The notes: generated from the letters alone by a model not told the origin. 64,000 nt of DNA from a virus (IMGVR_UViG_3300007775_000001:50951-114950); one strand, 5' to 3'. Positions 25,489 to 36,600 are shown, numbered from the stretch's first letter. Program-made: numbers and translations.

Positions 25489-26037
25489 TGGCGAAACCTT
25501 CATTCTGAGGGTTTACTTTCCGAAAATTTGGGTGTAAGCTGCCCCATAGTCTGAGGCTGTGATGGAGCCACTTCAACTGAACGAGAACATCGATCCAGGT
25601 CTGGTGCGTGAGAAGGATGGTGCGCTGGGCTTGTATCTGGATAGGCACAAGGCTTTCGGGTTCGCAATTGTGATTCGCAATGCGGTCGAGATGCCGGATA
25701 GTCCAATGTGTTTGCGGGGCTTGCTAACAGTGGTAGAAGAACTGCTTGCTCCGTATGATGATCAACAAGTGGCTCTCGCGGTCTACAACGGGGTGAAGAG
25801 GTTGTTGGATGACCTAACGTGACCATGGAGGTTGACGTGTCAACACCAATCGTGATGACCAAGAGAGAGTTTGCCGAAGCCCAAGAAGCAGCGCGGAAGT
25901 ATCGTCATACCAGTAGCAGGATGACGATGCGACTGATGCAGGCGATCAAGCAACGGCACCCAAGGGCAGACAAGCGGCTTGCCAATTCAGCCTAGCGGTG
26001 TTAGGATAGTCTACCCCAAAAAAACAGGAGATTGACC

Positions 26038-26739
26038 ATGGGCGTCTACCAACGGTTGTTGGAGAAGGTCGAAGAAATTCCGTTTCTGCGTGATCCTCGA
26101 TTCGACAAATACGAATTCGAGTTCAAGCTGAGTAGACCGGATTTCTCTTCCTTTATCACTGAAGGTGGAACCGATGTGGTTCCTGGGAACGGGTACGCCA
26201 CCTTCTACTGGAAGGAAGGCCGCACGTTCAAGGTGTTGCCGTACGATCATGATCAAGCCGATGCTCCCATTGGGATGCTAACCACGGCTCCCGAAGAGCT
26301 TCTGAAGCAGGCGATAGAGGGCACGGAATACGAGGCTATGGCTCTCGATCCGCGTACGGGGCAATACTACGACGTGAAGAAGGGGTCGCCCAAACCTGAA
26401 AGTTGTGAGATGGGCAAGTGGTCGCCGGAACATCTGGACGCCACTCTCACGCATCATTACATGAGCCTGTCGGAGCACGAACGTTTCAAGGTCACTCGTG
26501 ACCTGATGAACATGCTCTACATGATGATGACGGATCGTTCGCTGATGGCGGTGGGGTATCTGAACAACAATCCCACCTTGGTTGATCTGATCCATATCCA
26601 CAAGCATCTGATGATCCATGCGGACAAGGAGATGAAGGACATCCTGTCCGGTGCTCTGAAGAAGCTTGGGATCGATGTGGGAGACTCCAAGCCTGACACG
26701 CCTGAAAAGCCTGAGAACGACGGCAAGGTTTTGAACTAG
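26038..26739 (+). CDS. hypothetical protein
   Basis: AGGAG RBS; 233 aa. Confidence 0.7.
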   Translation: MGVYQRLLEKVEEIPFLRDPRFDKYEFEFKLSRPDFSSFITEGGTDVVPGNGYATFYWKEGRTFKVLPYDHDQADAPIGMLTTAPEELLKQAIEGTEYEAMALDPRTGQYYDVKKGSPKPESCEMGKWSPEHLDATLTHHYMSLSEHERFKVTRDLMNMLYMMMTDRSLMAVGYLNNNPTLVDLIHIHKHLMIHADKEMKDILSGALKKLGIDVGDSKPDTPEKPENDGKVLN

Positions 26740-26773
26740 AGCCGTCCGCTTTCAATCAGACGAGTAACCTGTC

Positions 26774-27292
26774 ATGAAAAAGTGGCTAGGGAGGCTGGTT
26801 TTCTTTTCCGTGTGCTATGTGGCGAGCGTGGCGACGGTTGTGTTCGGTCTGTCCGATCACATCATCGATAACGCGGTGAGTCTGAAGATGCTGGCTTCCC
26901 GCGTGAACACTCTGGAAGAGACAGTCAGTCTGAAGCATGTGCAAAAGCTGACCGTCACAGCATACTCTCCCAGACGAGTCGAAACGGATGATGATCCGTT
27001 TATCAACGCTTCGATGACTCCCGTGAGCGAGGGGCAGATTGCGGTATCTCGTGATCTGTTCAACGATGGATGGGTCTTCTATCGGTATGTATACATCAAG
27101 GGGTATGGAATCTTTGAGATTCGCGATCTGATGAACGTCCGGTACAAGAAGAGAATCGATGTGTTCTTTAACGACACTCGAAAAGCCCGTCAATGGGGTG
27201 TGAAGCGGCTTACGGTGGCACTGCTTGCGAACACTGAAAATAGGCTGCTACGGGGCACCAAAGGGCTTGCAAGTCCACCGATCATACAGTAG
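26774..27292 (+). CDS. membrane-anchored 3D-domain (MltA-like) cell-wall protein
   Basis: N-terminal TM; TVTAYS...TDDDPFINAS...IAVSRDL...IRDLMN.RY..RIDVF. Confidence 0.85.
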   Translation: MKKWLGRLVFFSVCYVASVATVVFGLSDHIIDNAVSLKMLASRVNTLEETVSLKHVQKLTVTAYSPRRVETDDDPFINASMTPVSEGQIAVSRDLFNDGWVFYRYVYIKGYGIFEIRDLMNVRYKKRIDVFFNDTRKARQWGVKRLTVALLANTENRLLRGTKGLASPPIIQ

Positions 27293-27301
27293 AGTAGAGA
27301 T

Positions 27302-27484
27302 AGCCTCTGGCCATCACAGGAGCGCGGGTTTTTCCTCCTTTTTTCCCGTGCTCATTGGCCTTGTTTGTCCGTTGCCCGAAACAACCAGACAGGGCGATGG
27401 TCAGAGGTTCCTTCGAATAGACTCGCTCCTTCCCGTTGCGAGTCTTGTGAGCCGGAAGAGGTAACCCCCACCTCTTCCGGTTTT
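27302..27484 (+). ncRNA. candidate sRNA with anti-Shine-Dalgarno loops
   Basis: Promoter TTGCAA-17-TAGAGT (27267-27295); 14-bp closing stem; loops containing CCTCCT and TCCTTCCC; terminator GCCGGAAGAGG/CCTCTTCCGGT followed by T run. Confidence 0.6.
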
Positions 27485-27500
27485 CTCAATAGGTGAGTCC

Positions 27501-27884
27501 ATGGAAGCCCGAATCCCTATCGTGCGGGTGACTGCAAAGGACTGCCGTTGGGATTACTTCAGGGCTTCCGGAGCCGGTGGTCAGAAGCGCAACAAGACAT
27601 CTTCAGCCGTTCGCTGTACCCATGACCCTAGCGGTGCGGATGGGACAGCGTCAGATACCCGTTCGCAATCCAAAAACAGAGAGCTTGCTTTCTACAGGAT
27701 GGCAAGTTCAGACGAGTTCAACAAATGGCTGCGTTTGGAGACAGCAAGGCAGACGGGTGAGCAGGAACGTATCGAGAAGCGTGTTGAAACGCAAATGCAG
27801 CCCGAAAACCTGAAGGTAGAGGGTCGGGTCAACGGTAAGTGGAAACCCCTGGAGATTGACGATGACGGAAGCACAACAAGTTGA
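27501..27884 (+). CDS. class-1 release factor GGQ-domain protein (peptidyl-tRNA hydrolase, ArfB/PrfH-like)
   Basis: FRASGAGGQKRNKTSSAVRCTH.PSG......RSQ..N...A. Confidence 0.9.
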   Translation: MEARIPIVRVTAKDCRWDYFRASGAGGQKRNKTSSAVRCTHDPSGADGTASDTRSQSKNRELAFYRMASSDEFNKWLRLETARQTGEQERIEKRVETQMQPENLKVEGRVNGKWKPLEIDDDGSTTS

Positions 27885-28251
27885 GAAGCCGGATTGGGGT
27901 CTGTGGCGGTATCGTGAAGACCTGAAGGGTGGGAAATACCTTGTTCTCAGACGGGATGGTACGGTGTTCACAGAGCCCAACTTTGTGTTGGGGCCGAATG
28001 ATCGTGCATCGTACCACGCCATGCTGGCGTATGCGGACAAGTGCGAAGAGTTCATGAATGCTGGTGATACCAACTACAATCCTGAGTACATCGCTGACTG
28101 TCGCCGGTTGGCTGATGATATGCTCAATCTCAGGATGAATACAGGTGTCAATGGCGATCCTGGGAAGGGCAGACATCGGAAGGATCATCCCAAGATCATC
28201 GAACAGATGCTCAATCCGGACAAAAGGGTGCTGGCACCACTGGAGGAGTGA
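27862..28251 (+). CDS. hypothetical protein
   Basis: GKYLVLRRDG...FVL...D.....A..AYA phage family. Confidence 0.7.
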   Translation: MTEAQQVEKPDWGLWRYREDLKGGKYLVLRRDGTVFTEPNFVLGPNDRASYHAMLAYADKCEEFMNAGDTNYNPEYIADCRRLADDMLNLRMNTGVNGDPGKGRHRKDHPKIIEQMLNPDKRVLAPLEE

Positions 28252-28858
28252 TGTTTCAGAGGCTCGCGAACAAGTTTGTGATGTGGGCTCTTCAATTCGA
28301 TGGAGCCAAGACCGTCATTCTCAGACCGGGTGAAACCCTGGTCATTCAGCCAGCGCGAGCGATTCCAGAACACGATCTTGAGGTCTTCCGGAAAGCTTTC
28401 GCTGGTCGCAACATGCCTGTTGTGATCCTTCCGCACGATGCGAGCACGACCAAGGTTGACTTCAGGCTGACAGGAGGTCGCAGATGGCGAGGAAGAGGCA
28501 ACACCAGAAGCCGGGAAAAGAAGGCCGAGCGTACAAGAAGTGGTTGACTTGTCTACATTCCTGGGATGCTCATGGGGTCGATGTTCGAAACCTCCGTCCC
28601 GATGATCCGAAGCTTCTGGCACAAGAATGCATCAACTGTGGTGTGACCATTAAGCAGCATATTGAGTGGTCAAATCAACGCACTGGCTTGGACATGAGCG
28701 CCTTTGACGGCAGTGTGTTTTTCGATCAGCGGACTGCGCCTGGGTCGTGACATTTGAGAAAAATGTCATAACTCATTGTTTTGCTTGACTTTGGTGCAAA
28801 ACAGGGGTTATCGTGTGGGTCACTATGAGTTTTTGCTTTCACTCACGGTGGCCCACGG

Positions 28859-30337
28859 ATGGTTGCTGCTCTTACCACTGCTCAGGTAGACTCTCTACTC
28901 CGTAGTCCGGAAGTAGAAGAACTCTTGCTCAGGAACGACTTGGCGTATTTCGCTGAGAAGATTCTTGGCATGGAAGTTGTTGCTCATCACAGGAAGTGGT
29001 CAGAGCTTACCGCGAAGTACAATCGTCTCTGCATCAACTGTGCTCGTGACCATGGGAAGAGCTTCTTTTTTTCTCATGCGTATGTGATCTGGAGAGCCTA
29101 TTTCAAATGGCTGCCGGACTATGGTGACAGCAAGTCTCTTCCGAAGTTCCCCATTGGCTACATCTGGTCGAACACAGAACAACAGGCAATTGACCATCTC
29201 ACGCTGGTTCAGCAAGAGATTCTGAGTAATCCAAAGCTTCGCTTCCTTGTCCCTCCTGGCAAGGGTGTTGGCGGCATGCCCGCTGGGTGGAGTAAGAAGC
29301 GGATGCGGTTGTCCAACGGTGTGAGCATCCGTGCAATCGGTTGGGGTGGTAGAGTCCGTGGGGCTCATCCTGTCTGGGCGGTCTTCGATGACATCCTGAA
29401 CGACGAGACGATCTACTCTGAGTTGGTGCGGCGCAAGCAGATCGACTACTTCTACTCAGCCGCGACACCGTCCGTGGTTCCAGGTGGTCAGATCATCGTT
29501 GTGGGTACACCGTTTCATCAAGAAGACCTGTATGCAGAACTGAAGAAGAACCCGGAGTATGTCTTCGCTCGTTACCCATCACTCAGCGAAGATGGCAACG
29601 AGAAGCCTCTTTGGCCTACGCGGTACAGCAAGGAAATCCTCCTCAGAAAGCGTCGTGAAGTTGGACAGGTTCGGTTCGCTCGCGAATATATGTGCGTTCC
29701 GATTTCGGATGAGTCCAGCTTGTTCCCGGAGCGCATCATTGTGCCGTGCTTCGAGGAGTCATTCCGAATGCCTACGCATCTGACGGCCGAAGACTTGTCT
29801 GAGCTTCAGGTGTATACGGGGGTTGACCTTGCAATGTCTGCTAATGTGGGAGCGGACTGGACTGTAATCATTACGATTGGGATTGACCGCTACAAGAATA
29901 TCTGGGTTCTGAACATTCGAAGATTCAAGGGCAAAGGTCTGACTGAGCAGTTGAAGGCTATCCAGGATGTGTACAACAGCTTCAAGCCCCGCAAGATTTG
30001 GATCGAAGACAATAACTTCCAGCGCATCTTCAAGGATGAGTTGGTCAAGAATACCGATCTGCCGGTACAGGGGTATACAACACATGCTCGCAAGAAGAAC
30101 TCGATGGAAGAGGGTGTTCCGTCGATGCAAATCTTGTTTGAGAATCGGAAGTTTGTTATTGCTCGTGCCACGGCTTATGACCGTGAGATCACGGATCAAC
30201 TGATCGGTGAGTTGAAATCTTTCTCGTGGATGGACGGTAAGCTTCAGGGTGTTGGGTCGCATGATGATATGGTAATGGCTCTTTGGATTGCGCTGGAGGC
30301 GTCCAGGGAAGGGGAGTTTCAATTTTCATTTGCGTGA
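28859..30337 (+). CDS. terL: terminase large subunit
   Basis: Walker A ARDHGKS, VRGAHP, Walker B FDD, VVGTP, nuclease GVD.A...D...HDDMVMA. Confidence 0.95.
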   Translation: MVAALTTAQVDSLLRSPEVEELLLRNDLAYFAEKILGMEVVAHHRKWSELTAKYNRLCINCARDHGKSFFFSHAYVIWRAYFKWLPDYGDSKSLPKFPIGYIWSNTEQQAIDHLTLVQQEILSNPKLRFLVPPGKGVGGMPAGWSKKRMRLSNGVSIRAIGWGGRVRGAHPVWAVFDDILNDETIYSELVRRKQIDYFYSAATPSVVPGGQIIVVGTPFHQEDLYAELKKNPEYVFARYPSLSEDGNEKPLWPTRYSKEILLRKRREVGQVRFAREYMCVPISDESSLFPERIIVPCFEESFRMPTHLTAEDLSELQVYTGVDLAMSANVGADWTVIITIGIDRYKNIWVLNIRRFKGKGLTEQLKAIQDVYNSFKPRKIWIEDNNFQRIFKDELVKNTDLPVQGYTTHARKKNSMEEGVPSMQILFENRKFVIARATAYDREITDQLIGELKSFSWMDGKLQGVGSHDDMVMALWIALEASREGEFQFSFA

Positions 30338-30340
30338 GCT

Positions 30341-30787
30341 ATGTCTTCCTATCTTCCTCCTGCGAGAGAACGGTTGCGGAATCTTGTGGCAACGTGTGTA
30401 AGGCATGGTGACTTCACACTGAGAAGTGGTCAGAAGAGCGATACGTTCATTGATCTTGAGGAGGTGTCTAGCACTTCATTGTTCATGATTCTCTTTCTGG
30501 ATGTGCTCAGGGAGATCGTGCGAGGCGATGTGTATGACACCTTCATTGGCCCGTCGAAGGGTGCTGATCCTCTCGTCTATGTTGGACGAGAGGGTATCAG
30601 GAACAGGCGGGGGACAAGAGCGATTGTGTTGGAAGACGTGTTGACAACGGGTGGATCGGTGCTTCGTTGTATCGAAGAGTCCGGAATGACCCCTGTGCGG
30701 ATTGTTTCAGTTGTGGACAGAGGGTGTTCGGTTGAGCTACCCGCTCCCTATACCCCAATCCTGTCTATTGGCGAAATTTCTACGTAG
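30341..30787 (+). CDS. orotate phosphoribosyltransferase-like protein (shortened)
   Basis: GDFTLRSGQKS..FID and PRPP loop IVLEDVLTTGGSV...VVDR. Confidence 0.8.
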   Translation: MSSYLPPARERLRNLVATCVRHGDFTLRSGQKSDTFIDLEEVSSTSLFMILFLDVLREIVRGDVYDTFIGPSKGADPLVYVGREGIRNRRGTRAIVLEDVLTTGGSVLRCIEESGMTPVRIVSVVDRGCSVELPAPYTPILSIGEIST

Positions 30788-30791
30788 AAAC
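30776..30791. repeat. dispersed 16-bp palindrome, copy 5 (1 mismatch)
   Basis: ATTTCTACGTAGAAAC overlapping stop codon. Confidence 0.9.
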
Positions 30792-30805
30792 CGGAGTCTT
30801 GTAAA

Positions 30806-31060
30806 ATGGCGCGCGGGAATGTGGTCTGGTTCGATATCCAGAAGGGTTTTGGATTCATCACAGACGAGGCTCAAGGGGACGATGTATTTGTCCACTACTC
30901 GAAGATCGAGGGGCCAGAAGGTGAGTTCAAATATCTCGATGCTGGAGACCTTGTGGAGTTCGAGCGGTTTGAGGTGGACAGAGGTAATGGCCTGAAGAAA
31001 CCTCAAGCGAAGAACGTAAAGCTTGTCAGCCGCCGCGAAACCACAAAGGGCGACAAGTGA
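30806..31060 (+). CDS. cold-shock domain protein
   Basis: RNP1 KGFGFI and RNP2 VFVHYS; PQAKNV. Confidence 0.93.
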   Translation: MARGNVVWFDIQKGFGFITDEAQGDDVFVHYSKIEGPEGEFKYLDAGDLVEFERFEVDRGNGLKKPQAKNVKLVSRRETTKGDK

Positions 31061-31752
31061 GATCAGAGATCGTGAAGTGGATTCGGATTGTTGTTTTCAG
31101 GACGGTGAAGGGAAAGGGGTTGATCAATCTTGACATTGACAACCTCATCTCCGCCGGATATCTGGGTTACGCTCAGGCGTTGAAGAACTACGATGAGCGT
31201 AAGAAGGTCAAGTTCAAGACCTTTGCTGAGTATCGCATCAAAGGCGCGGTACTTGACGAGGTTCGACGTGTGATCGGTGACGAGCGGTGTAAGACGGAAA
31301 GGCCAGTTAGGGTCAATGATGTCGATTTCGAGATGATCATTGATCCTCGTGACTATGGTTGTGAGTTCGAGATCGATTTCGAGAAGTTCATGGATGCGTT
31401 GCCGATGACTGTCCGTGAGAAGAACATTCTCCGATCACGCATTCAGGGTATGAGCCTGAAGGAGATCGGACAGCAGTTTAGGTTCAGCGAATCCCGTGCT
31501 TCTCAGATTCTCTATAGCATCCGTGTGAAGGCTGCACCAACGTTCGAGCGATTTTTTGGAATCAAGGTGGTGGTTGCACCAAGATTTCGCAAGTATCGGC
31601 GTACCTCGTCCGATAATGGAGTGAGGAGATTCCCGTGGAATCTGGCGTTTGCCGATATGTGTCGGCGCAACAGGGTGGGGCGAATCATTTCAATTCGGTC
31701 GCACCAATTCCCAATCCAACCTCTCCCTTGGCTTAGAGCGAGCGGTCAATGA
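31057..31752 (+). CDS. phage sigma70-family factor, FliA/WhiG-like
   Basis: [12 protein letters not shown]...YD.....[18 protein letters not shown]; region 4 [17 protein letters not shown]. Confidence 0.88.
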   Translation: MRSEIVKWIRIVVFRTVKGKGLINLDIDNLISAGYLGYAQALKNYDERKKVKFKTFAEYRIKGAVLDEVRRVIGDERCKTERPVRVNDVDFEMIIDPRDYGCEFEIDFEKFMDALPMTVREKNILRSRIQGMSLKEIGQQFRFSESRASQILYSIRVKAAPTFERFFGIKVVVAPRFRKYRRTSSDNGVRRFPWNLAFADMCRRNRVGRIISIRSHQFPIQPLPWLRASGQ

Positions 31753-33617
31753 AGCTGACCTTGGACGATTACGCCGCTGTGTTGGATGACGTTGTCAAAG
31801 CGGCTTCCAAGAGTTCGGGACGCAAGACATTCGAAGATTTTGAAGAAGAGATCGGTAAGTCTCTAACCTTCAATCCGCTTGCTCCCACAGAGATGACTCC
31901 TGAAGTTGTTGCGAGAGAGGGTATTTACTCTCCCTATGCACAGGCTCCAGAAGGCGGGTTTGTACCGCATACCGCTGAGCACTGGATGGGGATGGGCAAA
32001 GACCCCGATGACTATCGCAACGTTCACCAGATTTATGAGGAAGCTGGTGCCAAACAGCCTTCTCTCGATAGCCTGAGACACATGTTCGTGCAAGCTATCG
32101 AAGACACTGATCGCGCTGGCCGAAGTTTCTCGTTCCTGTCGCGTTCTATCAAGCCGACTGAATGTGAAATGATCGTGAAGGGTATTCCTATGCCGTCCAA
32201 GGGTGGCGGCATGAAGGATATGGGGATGCCTGTGGGAACGATTCATCGGTTCAGTGATGGTAAGCAGTATCGGAAAGAAGCTCCTGGCAAGTGGGTTCCG
32301 GTGTCAGCCGGTGCGAAGCCGGGTGGAAAGGAAGACGCTACTCAGTCAGGACACGTTGAGATCGAGCGACATGCGATGATCACTCGTATTCGACAGGAGA
32401 TGGATCGTCGTACCAAAGCGGCTGCTGACCAGAAGCAGTTGGAAGGTCGTATGAAGCAGACGGCCAAGAAGTATGCGACCAAACAGACTGAAGCGGCTGG
32501 GATCAAGTCCCCGGTAGATCAGCTACCGAAAGACAAGGACAAGCCTGGAAACTTCGATCTGTTGGAAGGAGCGGACGCGGCGAAGAAGATTTACTTCATC
32601 GAGGGCTCGAAGGTCAAGATGGATCACGTTCAACAGTTCTTGAAGGAGTTCAGTCAGGACTTCAAGGACATCGATTCGAACGGTCAGAATTCGAAGTTCC
32701 GTGAAGACATGATGAGCAATGGGGCGTTGTATTATACATCCCGGCTCAAGGGGCCTGATTCTCTACTGAAGAAGATGCAGAGCAAGTATCTCGACCGCTC
32801 TCTTAACACGGTGACTGACGCGATTGGTGCGAGAGCGTTGGCAGGTAGTCTGGAAGATCAGAAGCGGCTCTTCACGTTCTTCAAGTCTCAGCATGAGTTG
32901 GTCGAAGAGGAAGACTTCGCTGAGCAGGGGCGTCCCGATGGATATCGGGCGATCCATTGTCTGTTCCGGACAAGTTCCGGAAAGATCGGTGAGTTTCAGT
33001 TCAAGACGATCAATCAACAGCTTTACTCTGGGTATTTCCATGACACGGTTTACAAGGGTAGTAAAGCTATTCAGGACGATCCAGAGGTAGCGAAATTTCA
33101 GAGAGATGTGTCGGACTATCTGCACAGGCTTGATTCTGGTCAGGAACAGTTCGATATCAATCGCGCTCCAAAGGCTCCAAAGCAACTTGTGGCTGCGAAG
33201 TACAAGGACGAGAAGGGTAAGGAGCAGACGGCTGGAGAGTTTCCTTGGGAAAACGTTCGGACTAAGAATGTGGGTGACTATCTGTACAAGGCAGATGACG
33301 AGTCTCAGAGTGTGAAGTATTTTCTGGTGTTGCGCGATAAGAAAGGCAACACGGTTGGAACCAAGAGCTACAACAGCCTGGAGGCTGCGCAGAAAGAACA
33401 GACACGTCTTCTCAATCAGAAGAACTATGGCGATCTTCCTATTGCTCAGGCTACGAGCGAGAAGGAGTTGTTCGCCACCTTCCATGAGTACAGACCACGG
33501 GTCGGCTCACAGGTTGACGATCAGAGCAAAGACAAAAGCCCTGCCAAGTACACAAGGGGTTCAAAAACGACCCCTCAGAAGCGGAAATTTGGGAGAGACC
33601 AAAATGGCTCACGATGA
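31749..33617 (+). CDS. head-module protein with RelA/SpoT-type small alarmone synthetase domain
   Basis: SRLK..DSL.KK, TDAIGAR, GYRAIH, EFQFKT, HD.VYK. Confidence 0.85.
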   Translation: MKLTLDDYAAVLDDVVKAASKSSGRKTFEDFEEEIGKSLTFNPLAPTEMTPEVVAREGIYSPYAQAPEGGFVPHTAEHWMGMGKDPDDYRNVHQIYEEAGAKQPSLDSLRHMFVQAIEDTDRAGRSFSFLSRSIKPTECEMIVKGIPMPSKGGGMKDMGMPVGTIHRFSDGKQYRKEAPGKWVPVSAGAKPGGKEDATQSGHVEIERHAMITRIRQEMDRRTKAAADQKQLEGRMKQTAKKYATKQTEAAGIKSPVDQLPKDKDKPGNFDLLEGADAAKKIYFIEGSKVKMDHVQQFLKEFSQDFKDIDSNGQNSKFREDMMSNGALYYTSRLKGPDSLLKKMQSKYLDRSLNTVTDAIGARALAGSLEDQKRLFTFFKSQHELVEEEDFAEQGRPDGYRAIHCLFRTSSGKIGEFQFKTINQQLYSGYFHDTVYKGSKAIQDDPEVAKFQRDVSDYLHRLDSGQEQFDINRAPKAPKQLVAAKYKDEKGKEQTAGEFPWENVRTKNVGDYLYKADDESQSVKYFLVLRDKKGNTVGTKSYNSLEAAQKEQTRLLNQKNYGDLPIAQATSEKELFATFHEYRPRVGSQVDDQSKDKSPAKYTRGSKTTPQKRKFGRDQNGSR

Positions 33618-36600
33618 CCTGTTGGCGAAAGCTGGCATTCGGGTCGGCAATCCAGCGGAGCGGCGTTTGATCAACGATGAGCCTTCTCATCGATTTGTGG
33701 TCAAGGGCTTCAAGAATAGAGGAAGCGTCTCTCGTGCTGGTTCTCAGTCCAGCCCCCGCGAGAATTTGCTTCGAAGTCTGGGCATTCCGGACGAGGGTGC
33801 TCTTGAGAAGGCTACTCTGTACGGGAACGATGGTGATCTGGAGTACGTTCCTGATACGTACACGGGTCAGGATGTGTATCATCAAGACCCGTACAACGAG
33901 GTTCAGGTGACACGTCAGGAAGTGCTCGATACGCATGGTGAGCATTTTCACAGCGATATCGATCCAGATGTGGAGCGCATTTTGAGTGAAGTTACCGAAG
34001 CGGGAACACACTTCGACTACACTCGTCAGTTCGGTCGTTCGATGGGTGCCTTCGATGGTGACGATGATGGTGATGACAACACAGAAGGTAAAGAGGAAGA
34101 AGAGAAGTCGAAGCTCAAGGCCAAGGATGTCAAGAAAGCTAGAAGAAGTGGCCCTGGTTCCCGTGGTGGAAGGGTAATTGGTCATACTCGTTCTGGCAAA
34201 CCGATCTATGACAACAGTGCGAAAAATCACAGTGGATTCACAAAAGAAGATCATGCCGATGCTCGTGATCTTCATACCTCTATCCATGAAAAGATGCTCG
34301 AAAGAGTGATGCATGGTGGAGAGTTTCCATCTGATTCGGCCATACTGAGCACAAAGGCCAAAGATTATCATGCTCGTTTGGCAAAATCTGAATCAGACGA
34401 TGAAGAAGAAAGCGACGAGGAGCCAGATGATGATGAAGACGATCAGGAGAAGTCTCTGTCTGGCATTTTGGATGATCTGATCAAGGGAGAGGGTGAAGGT
34501 TCTCGTGGTGGCAAAGTGATTGGTCATACATCGAGTGGGAAACCAATCTATATCCACGAGCCGAATTTGGGTACTTCTAGTGCTGGTGGTATCCATGGAA
34601 AGAATTATAAGGGGTGGAATTGGAAAGATCATGAAGAAGCGTATGCTGCGCATTCTGCCGCTGCTAATTCTCTCGTACAGAAGCATGGTGGGTATCCAAA
34701 AGGTGATGATGCAAAGACTTATGTGCAGCATGCTCACAACAAGGATGCACATTACTTTTGGGCAAAAAAGACTGGTCATCCTGAATTGAACAAAAGCCTG
34801 GGAAAGTCTAGTGCCGGGGAGGGTTCCAAGGGTGGTCAGGTGATCGGCCATACCCGCTCTGGCAAGCCGATCTATGCTCACGATTCAGCGATCTATGCCC
34901 ATGGCACAGGCGCTTTCAGTGGGTACAGCAAGGGTGATCACTTTGATGCCTACACGCGCCATTCAAACGATCTGAAGTACAAACGTGGTCGTAGTGGGAA
35001 GAAGAACTTCTTGTCCGCGATGAAGCTCCATTCGCAGGCTTACTACGCTGCGAAGAGCGAGCGTGATCCAGACCTTCCAGACTTTTTGAAGTCGAAGAGT
35101 GGCGAGGGCTCTCGTGGTGGCAAGGTGATTGGTCACACACGGTCTGGCAAGCCGGTCTATGAGGGTAAGGCGGCGTCTAAGTATTCTGATTTTTCACGTC
35201 AGGATCACAAAGATGCTGCTGCCCAACACATGCGTCATTGGCATGATGATGACTCAGAGAGTGCGGACGGGAGTGATCAAATTTCGGTCGATCATGATCG
35301 ATTGTCTTTGACTCCAGAGCAGTTGAAGAATCGTGATGCCAAGCGCCGTGGTGTTCTTGGCAAAAAGTCTGTTTCTGTTCTGGACGATTTGGTCAAAGCT
35401 GTAACTGGCGAGGGCTCCCGTGGTGGTGTGGTTGTGGGTCATACATCGAGTGGCAAACCCATCTATCAAGGTGAGACTCATTCGACACGGATTCACACTA
35501 CGACTGGCGAAGAGACTTCCCATGTGAATTCGTACATCCAGCATGCGGGTGATGAGAAACCGTATGGTGGTGAGAACTACCACGTTTTCTATCAACGCAA
35601 GGGTGCTCAAACCCAAGGCGACAATGAGACTGATGCGGATCGGGATTACGTTGGGTATGTGATCCGCCACAAAGACGAGGGCATATGGTCTGGTCACCCT
35701 GAGATCACGAGCATGAGTGCTTACAAGCAGGCGAAGAACTTCAAGACCAGAGGCGAAGCTGAACACCATATCCTGAGCACCTATAAACGGTATCAGGAAG
35801 CGTCGAAGCCGAAAGATCAAAAAGCCGCTAGCGTCCAGGAGGCGAACGATCTGTACAAGGCTTTGATGGATATCTCGTTGAACAAAGCCACCGATGCCCA
35901 AGAAGACAAGGTGCATCAGGTGATGCGCGAATTCAAAGAAGGCACGCTTCGTTCGGGGAGCAAGACTGGCCCGAAGGTCAAGAACCGGAAGCAGGCGATT
36001 GCCATTGCCATGAATCAGTCTGGGCAGTCGAACAAGTCTGACGATGAGGCGAGCGATCTTCTCAAGAGCAGAATCTTCCCCATCGGTACAGTTCATACGT
36101 TCAGTGATGGCAAGCAGTACAAGAAGGTCGCTAACAACGAGTGGCACCCTGTTAAGGGAGAAGGCCCACGTCGATATGACTACGCCGCTGCTGTTGACCA
36201 CAACAGCAAGATCGAGGTTGGTCAACATGTCCGTGTAAATTGGACGGCTGGGAGTTTCGGTCACTACACGGGCAAGGGCACCGTGACCAAAGTCAATGCC
36301 AAATCTGTAGCGGTGGCATTGGATGAACCCGTTGCTGATCAAAGTGGCCTTGGCGGAAGTGGCTATCCCGCTGGTCGTCGAATTGTTGTTCCACGGGCTG
36401 ACATGTTCAGTGGTGCAAACTCCAAATGGGCATGGCACAACGGAGTTTTCCCGGTTCATGGTGAGGGCAAGAAGTCGAGTATCGATGAATTGCTCGATCT
36501 TGTGAAAGCTGGCTCATCGAAAGAAGTTGCGCCAACTTCTACACCAACAAGAAGGACTGTTCCTTCCGCGCGCAACTCGTTCATCAAAGCGGCTGGCCCT

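Noticed and set aside
28859-30337. Intein or intron in terL
   Set aside because: 492-aa contiguous ORF with normally spaced motifs
34150-35466. GSRGG repeats as a CRISPR array or DGR template/variable repeats
   Set aside because: In-frame, synonymously diverged, not adenine-specific; no reverse transcriptase in the window
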